Part shown: one piece after another, positions 28,118-37,912 of the stretch
How the letters are laid out: each line of letters opens with the position of its first letter
Position numbering within the stretch: position 1 is the first letter of the stretch
Virus record (IMG/VR): IMGVR_UViG_3300050498_000493
Origin: a virus
DNA: 64,000 nt
Strand: one strand, 5' to 3'
Translations under genes and position numbers: made by a program
Notes under the pieces: generated by a model
The model's database searches: none
Told to the model about the DNA's origin: nothing
The model's input: only the letters and a program-made list of their open reading frames with translations

Positions 28118-28522
28118 ATGGCCCTCTTCCTCAGCGGCACCGTCCGCGATGCCGAACTCAACGCTATTGAAGCGGCCGTCAACGGCACCGGCGCCGCCAC
28201 CTTAGAAATTCGCTCTGGCGCGGTCCCGGCCAACTGTGCCGCCGCCGATACTGGGACGGCACTGGCCATTATTACCCTCGGTGCCGACTGGCTTGCGGCG
28301 GCCTCGGGCGGGGTCATCGCCAAAACCGGCCCGGCCTGGACCGATGCGAGCGCCGACGCGGCGGGGACGGCGGCCTATTTTCGCATTAAAGGCGGCACGA
28401 CCTGCCACATTCAGGGCACGGTGGGCACCAGCGCGAGTGACATGATCGTTGATAATGTGTCCTTTAATGCCGGACAGCAGTTCACGGTGAACAGCTTCTC
28501 AATCACTATGGGCAACGCGTAG
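28118..28522 (+). CDS. Putative virion structural protein
   Basis: LEIRSGAVPA...ADAAGTAAYFRI...QGTVGTSASDM. Confidence 0.65.
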   Translation: MALFLSGTVRDAELNAIEAAVNGTGAATLEIRSGAVPANCAAADTGTALAIITLGADWLAAASGGVIAKTGPAWTDASADAAGTAAYFRIKGGTTCHIQGTVGTSASDMIVDNVSFNAGQQFTVNSFSITMGNA

Positions 28523-28553
28523 AGTATATAAATCAACGTGCTGTGAGGAATAG

Positions 28554-29957
28554 CTGTCTATAATCATCGCAACCTTTTTCCATCATATACGGGTACATAT
28601 TCTCTGGCTCGGTGTCCTGCTCCTGGTGCCGCGCGTCGTGGTGGCCCAGACGGTGCCCGTGCTTGGCAATCAGGTCGTCACCGGGCACATCAACGCGTGT
28701 ACCGCCGGCCCGAGCGGCGGCACCGATGCCTATGCCTGTACGCTGGGCTATGCCCTCACCACGTATCAGGCGCAGGCCTGCTACCGCTTTGTGGCCGATG
28801 TGGCGAACACGGGCGCGGCGACGCTCAACCTGCACAGCTTAGGCGCCAAAGCAATTGTGAAGGTGCAGGGCGGCATTACGACGGCGCTCGCAGATAACGA
28901 TATCCGCGCCGGGCAGCTCGTCGAGGTCTGTTATGACGGCACCAACATGCAGTGCCAGAATTGTAGCGGCAACGTGGGCACCGGCATCCCAGCGGGGAGC
29001 ACGAGCCAGGCCCAGTATAACAACGCGGGCGCCTTTGCCGGATCGAGCGGTCAGACGCTCGATGCGACGACGGTCACGGGTTGGAGCCTGCGCGTGACGC
29101 CCATGAGTGGGGATCTGACCTTGGGCGCGACCCATGGCCCCATTGTCGCCTGTACGGCCGGCGCGACGACCCGCATTGCCACCTTACCCCTCGCGGCGAC
29201 CGCGACCCAACACCACTGGCGCCTGGTCAAAGTGGACACGGGGGCGGGGGCCTGTACGCTCACGCCAGCCGGGAGCGATACCCTGAACGGCCTCGCAGCG
29301 GCGCAGCAGGCAACCACGCGCGGCGGCTACGTCGAGGTCGAGCGTCTCTCCGCCACCGACTGGCACGCCACGGTCGCACGCACGGCGATTGACCTCAGTA
29401 CGGACGTCACCTATGGCGCCGGCATCCGCGAATCGCTCTTTCTCCCCGCCCGTGTCCTGGACGTGAACGGGGCCTGTACGCCTGGGGCGGCGGCAGTGCT
29501 GGTGACGGGTGGCCCCAAACTTCCGGCCATTACCTGTACGGATGCCGATGCGGACGGCGTGGAGTTCCACACGGTCCTGCCGTCCGGCTGGGACGGCGGT
29601 ACGGTGACCCTCAAGCTGGCGGCATTCAGCCTGGGGAACAACACCGGCGAAGTCGTCCAGCTGCGCTTTTCCGGGCAGTGCGTGCGGGAGGGTGACAGCG
29701 TCCAGGCGTTTGCCATTACCAGTGGGGCTGCCGCCACGAGTGCCAGTAATGTGGCGGCGACGCTCACCTTTGGCAATACGGCGGCGCGCGAGCAGTTTGC
29801 GACCACGGCGGCGCTCACCCTGGCAGGCACCTGTGCTGGCGGGGCGCATGTCTATGGGCGTGGCTTTGTGAATGCTGCTGCGACCACGCTGACGCCGATG
29901 AGTGACGTCAAAGTTCTGGGCGTGACCCTTACCTATACCCGCGTGGCGAACGATTAG
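28554..29957 (+). CDS. Fibre-like protein with signal peptide (probable CTG start 28554; alternative GTG 28626)
   Basis: GAGGA RBS before CTG; ILWLGVLLLVPRVVVA-Q; ANTGAATLN...DI.AGQ.V.V.YDG fibre domain. Confidence 0.65.
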   Translation: MSIIIATFFHHIRVHILWLGVLLLVPRVVVAQTVPVLGNQVVTGHINACTAGPSGGTDAYACTLGYALTTYQAQACYRFVADVANTGAATLNLHSLGAKAIVKVQGGITTALADNDIRAGQLVEVCYDGTNMQCQNCSGNVGTGIPAGSTSQAQYNNAGAFAGSSGQTLDATTVTGWSLRVTPMSGDLTLGATHGPIVACTAGATTRIATLPLAATATQHHWRLVKVDTGAGACTLTPAGSDTLNGLAAAQQATTRGGYVEVERLSATDWHATVARTAIDLSTDVTYGAGIRESLFLPARVLDVNGACTPGAAAVLVTGGPKLPAITCTDADADGVEFHTVLPSGWDGGTVTLKLAAFSLGNNTGEVVQLRFSGQCVREGDSVQAFAITSGAAATSASNVAATLTFGNTAAREQFATTAALTLAGTCAGGAHVYGRGFVNAAATTLTPMSDVKVLGVTLTYTRVAND

Positions 29958-29965
29958 GAGACCCG

Positions 29966-32254
29966 ATGCGGCGACTCATGCTGGTGCTGCTCCTCCTCTT
30001 CCTGGGCATTCCCGGGCTCCTCCTGGCGCAACCGCTTGCCGGGCAGACCGTGAGCCTCGCCGTGCCGGTGGTGGTCAGCCCGACGACCGCGATCAGTGTG
30101 CAGGTGTCGGGCAATACCTCGTGTACGACGACGGACTGGGTCGGGGTTTTTGCCGTGGGCAGTGCGTCCTCGGCGGGGACGCGGCTCTCCTGGCAGTATT
30201 TGAACGGCTCGACGACCCCGCCGGGGGTCTGTCTCACTGCGGCCAGCCTGTCGTTCACTTCGCCCGCGACGCCGGGCAATTATGAGGTGCGGTTTTTTCC
30301 GAGTGGGAGCTTCACCCCGAGCGCCCAGAGTCTCCTCGTGGGGGTGACGCCCGCGCCGCTGGTGACGAGTGGCGCCGGCTGGCCGACGCCGCCCACCGCC
30401 ACGGTCATCTCCTTGTGTGGCGCGGTCTATAGTCCCGGCCATGCCAACTGGCTGACGTTTGCCAGTTACGCCCCAGCCACGGATGGCAGCGCGGACATCG
30501 CCGCCAAACTGACCACGGCCATGACCGACGCCATCACCGCGAACAAATGCCTGCACCTCCCGGCAGGGATCTATCTCCTCACCACGGACGTGACGCGCAA
30601 TGTCGCCAGCAGTGACAAGCTCGTCCTGGCGGGCACACCGGGGACGATCCTCAAACGCACGGGCGATACCGGCGCCCTGGGGTTTGCCGCGCCGCTCATG
30701 ACCACCAAGAACTTGGCCGCGACGGTTGCCGTGGGCGATGACGGCGTCACCGTGAACAACACCACGGGCATCCAGGTGGGCGATATTGTGGAAGTCGCGG
30801 TGTCGCTCAATATGTCGCCCGGGACCGGTTGGGCGCACTCGATCTTTGAATACGCCCGCGTCGGCGCCCTCACGGGCACGCGGATCACGTTTGCCGACGG
30901 CTGGAAGACCAATTACCGCTTTCATCCCCAACGCGCCCTCACCTACCGCATGGACGGGGTGGCGAGTAGCCTCGTCTATCCGCTCTACTACCTCCAATCG
31001 AGCGAGGTCGTGGTGACGGGGGGGCCGGGCTATACCCTGGTGGATGAAACCGGGTACTGTCGCGGCAGTGGCTGCACGGTGAGCTTTCACCAGACGCCGG
31101 CCGCTGGGACGCTCGTCACGGTGCGCACGACGTCGGAGGTGCCGGTCAACATTTACCGCGGGGGGACACTCCTCCTCGATACCCTGCGCTGGGAGACCAA
31201 CGCGACGACGGCCCCCAATGCCAAAATGATTACGAGCTGGCTCATGCCGGCCGGCGCGGTGCTGCGCAACCTGACGGTCTGGGAGACGGCCCCGAATGTG
31301 GACGGAGGCGGCCTGCCCACGGGGGCCTCGGGCAACGATTTCTTCCAACCCGGGCTGGTGGGGGCACTCCTCGATACCATCACGATTCAGGGCGGGCGCT
31401 ACGGCATCTTTCCCTATGGCCGTGGCACTGTGCTGAAAAACATTACGGGCTACCAAACCTGGCATACGGTGTCGATTGCCTTTGCCGCCAGTCACTTCTA
31501 TGTGGACGGGGTGGTGAGTGATACCTGTACGGTGGGGACCGACGGGCATATGGCGCAGTTTTACTTTGTCCGCAACAGCGTGTCGACGCGCTGCCGGGGT
31601 GGCGTCAATCACCGCGCCAGCGCTGGCAGCCTGCAAAACGTCTATGCGGAAGCCGGGACCCCGTCCCAACTGGGGATGGGCGCACAACAGGGGCTGGTCG
31701 TCAACGATCGGCTGCGGGCCGACCCGCTGGATAATCCGATTAATGTCTACGACGTGTCGATTACCCCCACCGCGACCAATGATATGCTGCTGGAAGATCT
31801 CCGCCTGGTGGGCGTCAACGTCAGTGGGAGTTTTTTGCGCACCCTCACGATACGGCGCGTGACGACCGACCAGGGGGTGGTCGTGGATGACTCCTGGCCG
31901 GCGCCGGTCTGGACGCTCGTCATGGAGAGTGTCACGACGGGGCTCGAAACCTGCGTGCGGACGGCTGTCCAGTGGACGATTACCGGGCTCACCGCCCCCA
32001 GCTTGCGGACCCACTGGGGCGGCTACAATGGCTCCCTCCTCCAGCAGAGTGTGCTCAATGGCGCCGGGGGTGCTTATGTGCTGGATGATAACGGCCAGGC
32101 GCAGCGCGAGGCCCGCGATGTGACGGTGACGCAGGCCCAGCGTCTCTTTGCCGCGCCCAGCGGGGATGCGGCCTACTGGCGCTTTCTGCGCTCGACGTTT
32201 GATGCCAACCTGCAACCCCCGCAGGCGCCGGCCCCGGTGCGGCGCCTGCCTTAG
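29966..32254 (+). CDS. Secreted Ig-like plus pectate-lyase-like beta-helix protein (tailspike/depolymerase-like)
   Basis: Signal MRRLMLVLLLLFLGIPGLLLA-Q; DWVGVF...PGNYEVRF; DGSAD...LHLPAGIYL. Confidence 0.7.
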   Translation: MRRLMLVLLLLFLGIPGLLLAQPLAGQTVSLAVPVVVSPTTAISVQVSGNTSCTTTDWVGVFAVGSASSAGTRLSWQYLNGSTTPPGVCLTAASLSFTSPATPGNYEVRFFPSGSFTPSAQSLLVGVTPAPLVTSGAGWPTPPTATVISLCGAVYSPGHANWLTFASYAPATDGSADIAAKLTTAMTDAITANKCLHLPAGIYLLTTDVTRNVASSDKLVLAGTPGTILKRTGDTGALGFAAPLMTTKNLAATVAVGDDGVTVNNTTGIQVGDIVEVAVSLNMSPGTGWAHSIFEYARVGALTGTRITFADGWKTNYRFHPQRALTYRMDGVASSLVYPLYYLQSSEVVVTGGPGYTLVDETGYCRGSGCTVSFHQTPAAGTLVTVRTTSEVPVNIYRGGTLLLDTLRWETNATTAPNAKMITSWLMPAGAVLRNLTVWETAPNVDGGGLPTGASGNDFFQPGLVGALLDTITIQGGRYGIFPYGRGTVLKNITGYQTWHTVSIAFAASHFYVDGVVSDTCTVGTDGHMAQFYFVRNSVSTRCRGGVNHRASAGSLQNVYAEAGTPSQLGMGAQQGLVVNDRLRADPLDNPINVYDVSITPTATNDMLLEDLRLVGVNVSGSFLRTLTIRRVTTDQGVVVDDSWPAPVWTLVMESVTTGLETCVRTAVQWTITGLTAPSLRTHWGGYNGSLLQQSVLNGAGGAYVLDDNGQAQREARDVTVTQAQRLFAAPSGDAAYWRFLRSTFDANLQPPQAPAPVRRLP

Positions 32255-32282
32255 AGGGGGCGATGATCGAGGAGAACGCCCG

Positions 32283-32792
32283 ATGGAGTGGACCGAAGCG
32301 CACTTCGATCAACTCGCGGCCGACATTGCGGCGGACCCCACGCTGAGTACGCTCCCCCACAATGGGGATAGCGCCGTCGTGGTGGCCCACGCCTATAACC
32401 TGCCGGCCGCGCCGGATTTCTGGGTCTGGAAGACCGCACTCCAGGAACAAGCGGTGTACGAATCGGTCGTCGGCAGTGCCAGTTGGAGTTGGCAAACCTA
32501 CAAGGCACAGACCGTGCAAGACCGAGACTCGTGGGCGCGCATGTGGGGGCCTGGCGCGGTGAACCCGTCGCTGCAACAGACCCGCGATGGCTGGCAGGCC
32601 ATTTTTGGTGGGCAAGGGGCCTCGCAAACACAGGTCAACTATCTTCTCGCCCTGGGGCGGCGGCAGGCCACCCGCACCGAGAAGCTGTACGCGAGTACCG
32701 CGCAAGGGGCAGGCACGACGGCGGCCCCGGCAACCATGGTCTTTGAGGGGGCGCTCACCCCGTCCCTGGTGGAGCAAGCATGGTCGGAGTGA
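32283..32792 (+). CDS. Putative virion protein, paralog of 55851-56462
   Basis: YNLPAAPDFWVWKT...VNPS...IF.G...RRQATRTEKLY...FEG.LT. Confidence 0.7.
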   Translation: MEWTEAHFDQLAADIAADPTLSTLPHNGDSAVVVAHAYNLPAAPDFWVWKTALQEQAVYESVVGSASWSWQTYKAQTVQDRDSWARMWGPGAVNPSLQQTRDGWQAIFGGQGASQTQVNYLLALGRRQATRTEKLYASTAQGAGTTAAPATMVFEGALTPSLVEQAWSE

Positions 32793-33562
32793 ACGACTAT
32801 CCACGCGCCCAGCGTCTCCAAGATGAGGCCGGGGTCCAGATACGCCTCGACTGCTACTGCCATACGTGCAAGCTCTGGCATCGACCTGGCCCACGGACGC
32901 CGGAGGGCTTTAGCCGGGAGCTGTGGGAGTGGCACGCCAAGCATGTGGGGCACGATTTCGAGTTCTTGTCGCCCAAGCGCCGCATTATGCGTTTTCGTGA
33001 CAAACTCTGGCAGAAATTAGGGTTTGCGCCATGGTGGTTAGATTTTAATGCCAACACTAATTTCAAATTGGCCTACGCCTCGGCCACCGCGTTGACCATC
33101 ACGCTCACGTCGCTGGCGTCGTCTCCTACCTGGATTGCCGGGCGCGACGCGGTGGCCATCGACAACAGCAGTGCCAGGAACATTGACTCGGAGATCACGG
33201 CCAGGATTGTGACGGGGACGACGCCGGCCGTGGACTCAGAAATCCGTATTTACGGCGTCCAGGCACTCTTTCCTGATCCCACGGTGGTCTGGCCCGATAC
33301 CATCGTGGGCACCAACGCGGCGGTCTCGCTCACCAGTGCCTACACCCGCGATGCGGGGATTAAGCCGCTCCTCGGTGCCACGGCGGTGTCGGCGACGACG
33401 GGGGTGGCGTATCCCATTGCCTGTCTGAGTACGGCGCAAGCCTGGGGCAAGGAGCCCAAGCGCTGGACGGTCTTTGTGACGCATAACAACACGGCGGCCT
33501 TGAACGCGACGCAGCCCGCGCCGACGATGACGTATACCAGTGCTTATATTACTGATACGTAG
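32780..33562 (+). CDS. Putative virion protein with N-terminal Cys/His extension; likely paralog of 56459-56959
   Basis: CYCHTCKLWH...KHVGH N-terminus, then Thr-rich beta domain. Confidence 0.6.
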   Translation: MVGVNDYPRAQRLQDEAGVQIRLDCYCHTCKLWHRPGPRTPEGFSRELWEWHAKHVGHDFEFLSPKRRIMRFRDKLWQKLGFAPWWLDFNANTNFKLAYASATALTITLTSLASSPTWIAGRDAVAIDNSSARNIDSEITARIVTGTTPAVDSEIRIYGVQALFPDPTVVWPDTIVGTNAAVSLTSAYTRDAGIKPLLGATAVSATTGVAYPIACLSTAQAWGKEPKRWTVFVTHNNTAALNATQPAPTMTYTSAYITDT

Positions 33563-33571
33563 AGGACTCCC

Positions 33572-34450
33572 ATGCCCGCCAGTCTCGGTGTCCGCAGCCT
33601 CAACGTGGGGAGCCCGGTCAATTCGCTGGCCCCGCTCAACGTGGGCCTGGCGGCGTGGTGGATGCTGCTACCGCGTTCGCCGGGCGGCTCAACGTGGCAT
33701 GATCTCACCGGGCGCTACGACGCGGCAGGGACGGCCATAGGGCCAAGTACCGCGACAGTGGGGTGGGGGGCGACGCGGCGTCCCGGCGGCTGGGGGGAAC
33801 TTCGTTTTGGCGGAGCGACCTTTGCGCAGCCGGCCCAATTCCCAGCGCTCGATAGTGCCACGGCGTTTACCGTGGCGCTCTGGGCCAGGCAGACCACGAC
33901 CAATGTGCAAGGCTACTTGTTAAACAAGTATTCGTCGGGGTCGAATCAGATTGGCCTCGAAACGTGGAATGATAACAATATCTATTTTGAAGTGAACAAT
34001 GGCAGTATCTCGTATCTGAATCTGCCGTCCTATACCTCGTTTATCAGTGCCGGGGTCTGGTTTCATCTGGTCGCCGTGTTTAACGGGGCCGGCGTCACCA
34101 ATGCCGAGAAGGCGCAACTCTATGTGAACGGCGCGGCGATGGCCGCGAGCTATTCCGGCACCCTCCCTGCGCTGACGTTTGCGTTTGTGCCGAGCAGTCT
34201 CGTCAGTATCGGGCAGCACGGCTTGAGCACGCAGCGCTGGGTCGGGGCGATGGACGATGTGCGCATTTACAGCCGTGCGCTGAGTGCCGTGGACGCCGAG
34301 CAGCTGTACACCGCCTCCCGCCTCGGCTACCCGCAGGAGCTTGCGTGGCAGCCCTGGCCGCCGGCGTGGGCGAGCGCGGTGGCGGGGGCCGCCACCAAAG
34401 CCCCACCCCCGCGTCGACAACCCTGGCGCATCTTTCGGAGGGCCGCCTAG
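33572..34450 (+). CDS. LamG/concanavalin-A-like lectin domain protein
   Basis: FTVALW...WFHLVAVF...LYVNG...GAMDDVRIYSRALS. Confidence 0.85.
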   Translation: MPASLGVRSLNVGSPVNSLAPLNVGLAAWWMLLPRSPGGSTWHDLTGRYDAAGTAIGPSTATVGWGATRRPGGWGELRFGGATFAQPAQFPALDSATAFTVALWARQTTTNVQGYLLNKYSSGSNQIGLETWNDNNIYFEVNNGSISYLNLPSYTSFISAGVWFHLVAVFNGAGVTNAEKAQLYVNGAAMAASYSGTLPALTFAFVPSSLVSIGQHGLSTQRWVGAMDDVRIYSRALSAVDAEQLYTASRLGYPQELAWQPWPPAWASAVAGAATKAPPPRRQPWRIFRRAA

Positions 34451-34951
34451 ATGCCTCGACTCTACAAAGTGGCTGCGACGTTTACGCTCACAGCGGCGGG
34501 GGGCAATACCGACCTCCTGCAACTCAACCCGGCGACGAACAAACCCCTCCGTCTCGTCGGCTTTCGGCTGGGCAATACGACAGAAGTCGGCGATGCCGCA
34601 GAAGAGGGTTTAGAGCTCCAACTGACCCATATGACGGCGACGGTCACGGATGGCACGGGGACCGGCTCTGCCACGGTCACGCCGACGACGGTGCCACGCC
34701 CGGGCATCGGCCAGGCGGCCGGCTTTACCGCGCGGGTCAACTCCCCGACGGTGGCGACCAGTTCGGGGACGACGACGGTGCTGGAGTATCTCGGGTGGAT
34801 TAACCGCCTGTCGCCGCTGGAAACCTTTTACCCGGAGAACAAGTGGTGCCCGGAAGCGATCGCCGGGGAAGCGCTCATTCTGCGCATGAATACTAGTCTC
34901 AATGATGATATGACTTTACAAATTAGTGCTTTCGTAGAAGAAGACGGCTAG
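34451..34951 (+). CDS. Putative virion structural protein
   Basis: Thr-rich beta protein within structural operon. Confidence 0.55.
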   Translation: MPRLYKVAATFTLTAAGGNTDLLQLNPATNKPLRLVGFRLGNTTEVGDAAEEGLELQLTHMTATVTDGTGTGSATVTPTTVPRPGIGQAAGFTARVNSPTVATSSGTTTVLEYLGWINRLSPLETFYPENKWCPEAIAGEALILRMNTSLNDDMTLQISAFVEEDG

Positions 34952-35000
34952 ACCAGCCCCGCTGCGGGTGCCTGGCCGCTGATTCTCAGGGTGTCTCCCT

Positions 35001-37511
35001 ATGGCGCTATGGATTGTCGTTCGTCGTCGTCGCCTGCGTCGGCTGCGGCGCTTTGTGCCCACGCAGCGACTACTCACCGCGACGACGGCGCTGGCGCAGG
35101 CGGCGCAGACGCTTACCGCCACCGGCGCGCTGGCGCTCACCGCGACGACCAGTCTCCCCCAGGCCGCGCAGACCGTGAGCAGCGCGGCCGTGCTTGCCCT
35201 CCAAGGCTCCAGCACCCCCACCCAGGCGGCCCAGACCCTTGCCGCCACCGGCCAGGGCGTCCCGCTCCTGACGGGGACGCTCGCGGTGACGCAGGCCGAC
35301 CAGACGGGCAGTAGTACGGCTGCTGTAGCCCTCCAAGGCACGACCACGCTCACGCAGACCGCGCAGACCCTCACCGGGCTCGGCGCGCATGAAGGACCGT
35401 TTGTCCAGGGCCGTTGGCCGTTTGGCGCCTTGCTCGCCACGACCATTCCCGGGACTGTGCATGGTCTGGGGACGCCCAATCTCTTCGTGCAGGTCTATGA
35501 TGCCGGGATCCCGGCGATGCAACTTCAGGCCCAGGTCACCATCCATCCGACCTCCTACGATGTGCAGGTCCAGTTTGGGGCGCCGACGGCAGGGACCGTC
35601 CTGGTGAGTGCCATGACCCAACCCGCAGCCGGGAAAGCGTTTCTCGTCGCCGATGGCGCGAGTTGGAGCTTTCCTGCCAGCGAGCACGGGCGCGGGAGTG
35701 GGCCGCTCTTTGTGCAACTCTTTGACGCCAGTGGCATCAACTTCGAAGCGCAGATCCAGGTCGCGGCGACAACCGGGGATGTCCTGGCGACTCTCCCGGC
35801 GGCGCGGGACGGGCGGCTCGTCGTGGCGGCGCCCAGTAGCGTGCCGACCCCGGCCAATAGTGCGACGGCGTTTAGTGGCGTGACCAGTGTGACGGTGCCA
35901 GCCGCCACGCATGGGCGCGGGTCGGTCAATCTCCTTGTGGAGGTCTATGACGCGGCCGCGCCTGCCAGGCTCCTCGATACGCCGATCACCGTCAACCCTA
36001 GTACGCAGGCTGTGACGGCGACGTTTTTCGTGACGCAGGCGGGCACGCTGGTTATTGGGGGCGGCGCGGCGGTCGGGGCGGGAGCGGTCAGCGTCACGCA
36101 AGGCGCCCAGACAAGCAGTAGTACGGGGACGCTCGCGCTCCAAGCGACGGTTGCCCTGACGCAGGCGGCACAGACAGCGACGAGTACGGGCACGCTGCCC
36201 CTCCAGGCGGCGGCCACGCTCACCCAGGCGGTGCAGACGTGCAGCAGTACGGGCGCGCTGCGGGTGCAGGGTACGAGCAGTATGACGCAGGCTGCTCAGG
36301 CCCTGACCAGTACCGGCGTGCTGCCGCTGACGGGCACCAGTGCGCTCGCGCAAGCCGCACAGACGGTGAGCAGTATTGGGGGTTCCCAGGCTCTCGGGTT
36401 GGCGGCGCTCACGCAGGCGGCGCAGACGCTCACCAGTACCGGCGTATTGCCGCTGACGGGGACGAGCGCGCTGACGCAAGCGGCGCAGACGCTCACCAGT
36501 ACCGGCTTCATGTTACGCCTCGGGAGTGCTGCACTCACGCAAGCCGCTCAGGCGCTCGTGAGTACGGGCGTGTTGCCGCTGATGGGGACCAGCACTCTTA
36601 CGCAAGCCGCGCAGACGCTCAGCAGTACTGGCGTGCTGCGACTTGCCGCGACGACGAGCCTGACGCAGGCCGCCCAGACGGTGACGAGTACAGGCGGCAC
36701 GGCGCTGCAAGGAAGCGCCGTGCTGACGCAAGCGGCGCAGAGTCTGACGAGTACCAGCGTCCTCGGGCTGGCGGGGAGTGTCACGGCCAGCCAGGCACCG
36801 CAGACCAGCACGAGTACTGGGGTGCTGCCCGTGGCGGGAACCGTGACCGCGACGCAAGCCGCGCAGACGCTCGCCAGTACTGGGACCCTGGTGGTCGGCG
36901 CGAGTGTCGCGGTCCTTCAGGGTGCTCAGTCGCTTGCCAGTACGGCGGTGGTGCCACTGAGCGCGACCGTGGCGCTCAGTCAGGCCGATCAGGCGGGGAT
37001 CAGTACGGGCGTTCTGGCCATGACAGGTACTGTCGCGGTCACGCAGACCGCCCAGAGCCTCAGTAGTACGAGCTTCCTCATCAATCCGGCCTCGGGCGCC
37101 GCACTCCTGACGCAGGAGGCGCAGAGCAGTGTGGCGACGGGCCGCCTGCGCCTCGTCGGGGTGGCCACCGTCAGTCAGGAGGCGCAGAGCAGTGTGGCGA
37201 CGGGTGCCCTGCGGCTCGTCGCCACGGCGACCCTCAGTCAGGAGGCCCAGAGCCTCGACGCCACAGGGTTCCTGGTGTTTGGCGGGACGGCAGTCGTGAG
37301 CCAGGCACCGCAGACGCTTGTGAGTCAGGGGGCCATTGCTCTGGCCGCGACGGGGCTCCTCGTGCAAGCCGCGCAGACAGTTGCGGCGGAAGCGATGAGT
37401 ATTCCTGTGCCTGAAGTCGTCCGAGGCGCCCATGGAGCCCTGGCCCATGCCACCGCGAGCGCCATGGGCTTGCGCCGTACGGGCCTCGGGTACACTCCTC
37501 TTTTAAGGTGA
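35001..37511 (+). CDS. Repeat-rich fibre/filament-like protein
   Basis: Many ~21-aa LTQAAQTLxSTG repeats around three 'HGxG...LxVQxYD' domains. Confidence 0.75.
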   Translation: MALWIVVRRRRLRRLRRFVPTQRLLTATTALAQAAQTLTATGALALTATTSLPQAAQTVSSAAVLALQGSSTPTQAAQTLAATGQGVPLLTGTLAVTQADQTGSSTAAVALQGTTTLTQTAQTLTGLGAHEGPFVQGRWPFGALLATTIPGTVHGLGTPNLFVQVYDAGIPAMQLQAQVTIHPTSYDVQVQFGAPTAGTVLVSAMTQPAAGKAFLVADGASWSFPASEHGRGSGPLFVQLFDASGINFEAQIQVAATTGDVLATLPAARDGRLVVAAPSSVPTPANSATAFSGVTSVTVPAATHGRGSVNLLVEVYDAAAPARLLDTPITVNPSTQAVTATFFVTQAGTLVIGGGAAVGAGAVSVTQGAQTSSSTGTLALQATVALTQAAQTATSTGTLPLQAAATLTQAVQTCSSTGALRVQGTSSMTQAAQALTSTGVLPLTGTSALAQAAQTVSSIGGSQALGLAALTQAAQTLTSTGVLPLTGTSALTQAAQTLTSTGFMLRLGSAALTQAAQALVSTGVLPLMGTSTLTQAAQTLSSTGVLRLAATTSLTQAAQTVTSTGGTALQGSAVLTQAAQSLTSTSVLGLAGSVTASQAPQTSTSTGVLPVAGTVTATQAAQTLASTGTLVVGASVAVLQGAQSLASTAVVPLSATVALSQADQAGISTGVLAMTGTVAVTQTAQSLSSTSFLINPASGAALLTQEAQSSVATGRLRLVGVATVSQEAQSSVATGALRLVATATLSQEAQSLDATGFLVFGGTAVVSQAPQTLVSQGAIALAATGLLVQAAQTVAAEAMSIPVPEVVRGAHGALAHATASAMGLRRTGLGYTPLLR

Positions 37512-37912
37512 TTCCTATGGCTGCGATACCCTTACTGCCCACCACGCTTTTGGAAGGCACGACCGGCATCTATACCTTTACGCTGCTCAGTGAGAGTGGT
37601 GCCGCCATTCCCAGCGGCGTGCTCGATACGCTCACGCTCACCTATTACGATGTGGCGAGTGGCCTCATCGTCAATGGGCGCAACAACCAACAGGCGCTGA
37701 ATGCGAATGATGTGACCGTCGTGACCGACGTCGGGCCACCGGCCGTGACCACAGTCACATGGCTGCTGCAGCCTGCCGATACGCAGATGATTGACCCCGA
37801 CTTGCGGCATGAATACCGCGTCATTCAATTTCGCTGGTCGTGGGAGGGAGGCACGCGGTACGGTGCCTATCAGGTCCAGTTTGCAGTCGAGAATATGGCG
37901 TTTGTCGTGTGA
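37508..37912 (+). CDS. Putative virion adaptor (BppU-like, tentative)
   Basis: Beta-sandwich-like; VTWLLQPADT. Confidence 0.5.
   Translation: MIPMAAIPLLPTTLLEGTTGIYTFTLLSESGAAIPSGVLDTLTLTYYDVASGLIVNGRNNQQALNANDVTVVTDVGPPAVTTVTWLLQPADTQMIDPDLRHEYRVIQFRWSWEGGTRYGAYQVQFAVENMAFVV

Noticed and set aside
29954..32215. Long antisense ORFs (also 46879-49035, 49066-51387, 35070-36479, 23577-24530)
   Set aside because: Shadow frames of well-supported genes on the opposite strand, without motifs
36290..36700. CRISPR array
   Set aside because: Repeats are in-frame 63-nt coding units with related intervening sequence; no cas genes
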